DNA of 64,000 bases from Mustelus asterias (Eukaryota): positions 23,002,001 to 23,066,000 of the forward strand of contig NC_135808.1 of the NCBI RefSeq assembly GCF_964213995.1, given 5' to 3'. Under the pieces are notes generated by a model that was not told where the DNA came from, made no database searches, and saw nothing but the letters and a program-made list of their open reading frames with translations. This document shows positions 62,586-64,000 of this stretch, in pieces. The translations under genes and the position numbers were made by a program. Within the stretch, counting starts at the first letter, position 1. Each line of letters opens with the position of its first letter.

Positions 62586-62779
62586 GCAAAAAATATGAGA
62601 GTTGTGATAACCCCCAGCACCTACAAGGGGAATCCCTGATTGACCCCCCAGTCAGACTCATGGGAATCTGAGTTCCAGTGGTGATAGGCAATTGCCTAAC
62701 CAGGTGGAACTCGTATCCAGAGCCCTTGATAAGTCAATCCCTTGAGCGTGTCCGGTGTTCTATCATCCTGGATGGGACT

Positions 62780-64000
62780 CATGTACATGGACCACAAAGT
62801 TGTGTTTTAACTTTTACTTTGACAAATACAATATCGAATGATGAAAATGTGAGCTGGAAACTATGTTTGGCAGCCTGGTACAGATGGGGACATAGAGGAA
62901 CTGGTTCAAACATGCAAAGCTTGCCAGGATAACCAGGGGGCCCCACCAGTAGCCTCTCTGTTCTCCTGGGAATGGCCGGGAAGTCCTTGGATTGTGCAGG
63001 GCCATTTATGGGCTCAATGATTCTGATATTGATTGATGCCCACCCGAAGTAGATTGGTCTACACCGGGTGGCTTTTACCACTTCATATAACACCATAGAA
63101 AAGCTCGGGCAGTCTTTCAGTACGCATGAGATACCAGAGGTCCTCGTAACAGGCAATGGGACCCGTTTACCAGTGAAGAGTTCAAAACATTCATGACCAC
63201 AAATGGAGTAAGACATGTCTGCACAGCCCCATATCACCTCTCATTGAATGGCTTCACAGGGCGAGCAGTCCAAGTAGAATCATAGAACCTTAGAAACCCT
63301 ACAATGCAGAAAGAGGCCATCTGGCCCATTGAGTCTGCACCGACCACAATCCCACCCAGGCCCTACCCCCATATCCCTACACATTTACCCGCTAATCCCT
63401 CTAACCTACGCATCTCAGGACACTAAGGGGCAATTTTAGCATGGCCAGTCAACCTAACCCGCAGATCTTTGGGTTCAAAAGCAGTTCAAAAAAGTGTTCA
63501 AAAGCAGCATGAAAAAAACAAACTCAGGGCTCCTTGGGCACAAAGTTGGTACAGTTCATTTTAACTCCAGGGCAACCCTGTACATAATGACGGGTTTCGC
63601 CCCAGCAGAATTCCTGATGGGCACACGCCTGCGGGATCAGGCTGAGCCTCACTTTCCTGAATCTAAGTGTAAAAATTGAGGAGAAACAAAAAGCACAAAA
63701 TATGGGCCAAGGGGGGGCATTCGCCTGATTGGAATTTTAAACCAGGAGACACCGTCCACGTGCAAAACTTTGGAGATAGCACCCAATGGACACCACGGGT
63801 TCCTCCCTCAAGGATCGGCCCAGTGTTATACACTGTAAAAACTGAAGACAAGATAGTAAGGAAACATATTGACCCTCTGACGCCGTCCGAAACGTTCGAC
63901 AGAAGCAACTGGCACATCGAACGTGCCATCTTCGGCACCGTGCACATCGACTGGCAGCAAAGAAACTCAACCAACGCTTGGCTTCAAAACAACTGGGGAG
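62780..64000 (+). mobile_element. Decayed Gypsy integrase region with a nested SINE tail (about 63275-63470, minus)
   Basis: PWEWP, GPFMGSMILILIDAHPK and TAPYH..LNG remnants. Confidence 0.65.

Overview
Vertebrate genomic DNA, most likely a shark (cartilaginous fish), inferred from the repeat families and the class I sequence style. The window holds a head-to-tail cluster of three non-classical MHC class I heavy-chain genes on the + strand, spaced about 18-19 kb apart. Gene A (7881-13010) is intact, with 7 exons and about 348 aa. Gene B (25774-36967) has a frameshift plus an adjacent stop in alpha3 and is a probable pseudogene. Gene C (44673->59951) has leader to alpha3 intact, its TM exon lies beyond the window, and its groove is very hydrophobic. 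The window start is the 3' flank of a further upstream unit. The intervening DNA is CR1 LINE, tRNA-derived SINE, Gypsy (including Gmr1-like) LTR and Penelope-like elements with minimal hammerhead ribozymes, plus gene-associated minisatellites. Main observations: (1) a tandem double X-Y (SXY) promoter that each paralog has remodelled differently; (2) an intron-3 minisatellite whose unit is a copy of the alpha2 splice donor, sitting at the border between divergent and homogenised exons; (3) gene A appears chimeric; (4) a possible LTR-driven alternative leader in gene C; (5) three Penelope fold-back insertion structures; (6) an unidentified decayed ORF-like block co-duplicated with each unit. Exon coordinates were read by hand from GT/AG sites and reading phase. 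Repeat boundaries are approximate and no database search was run.
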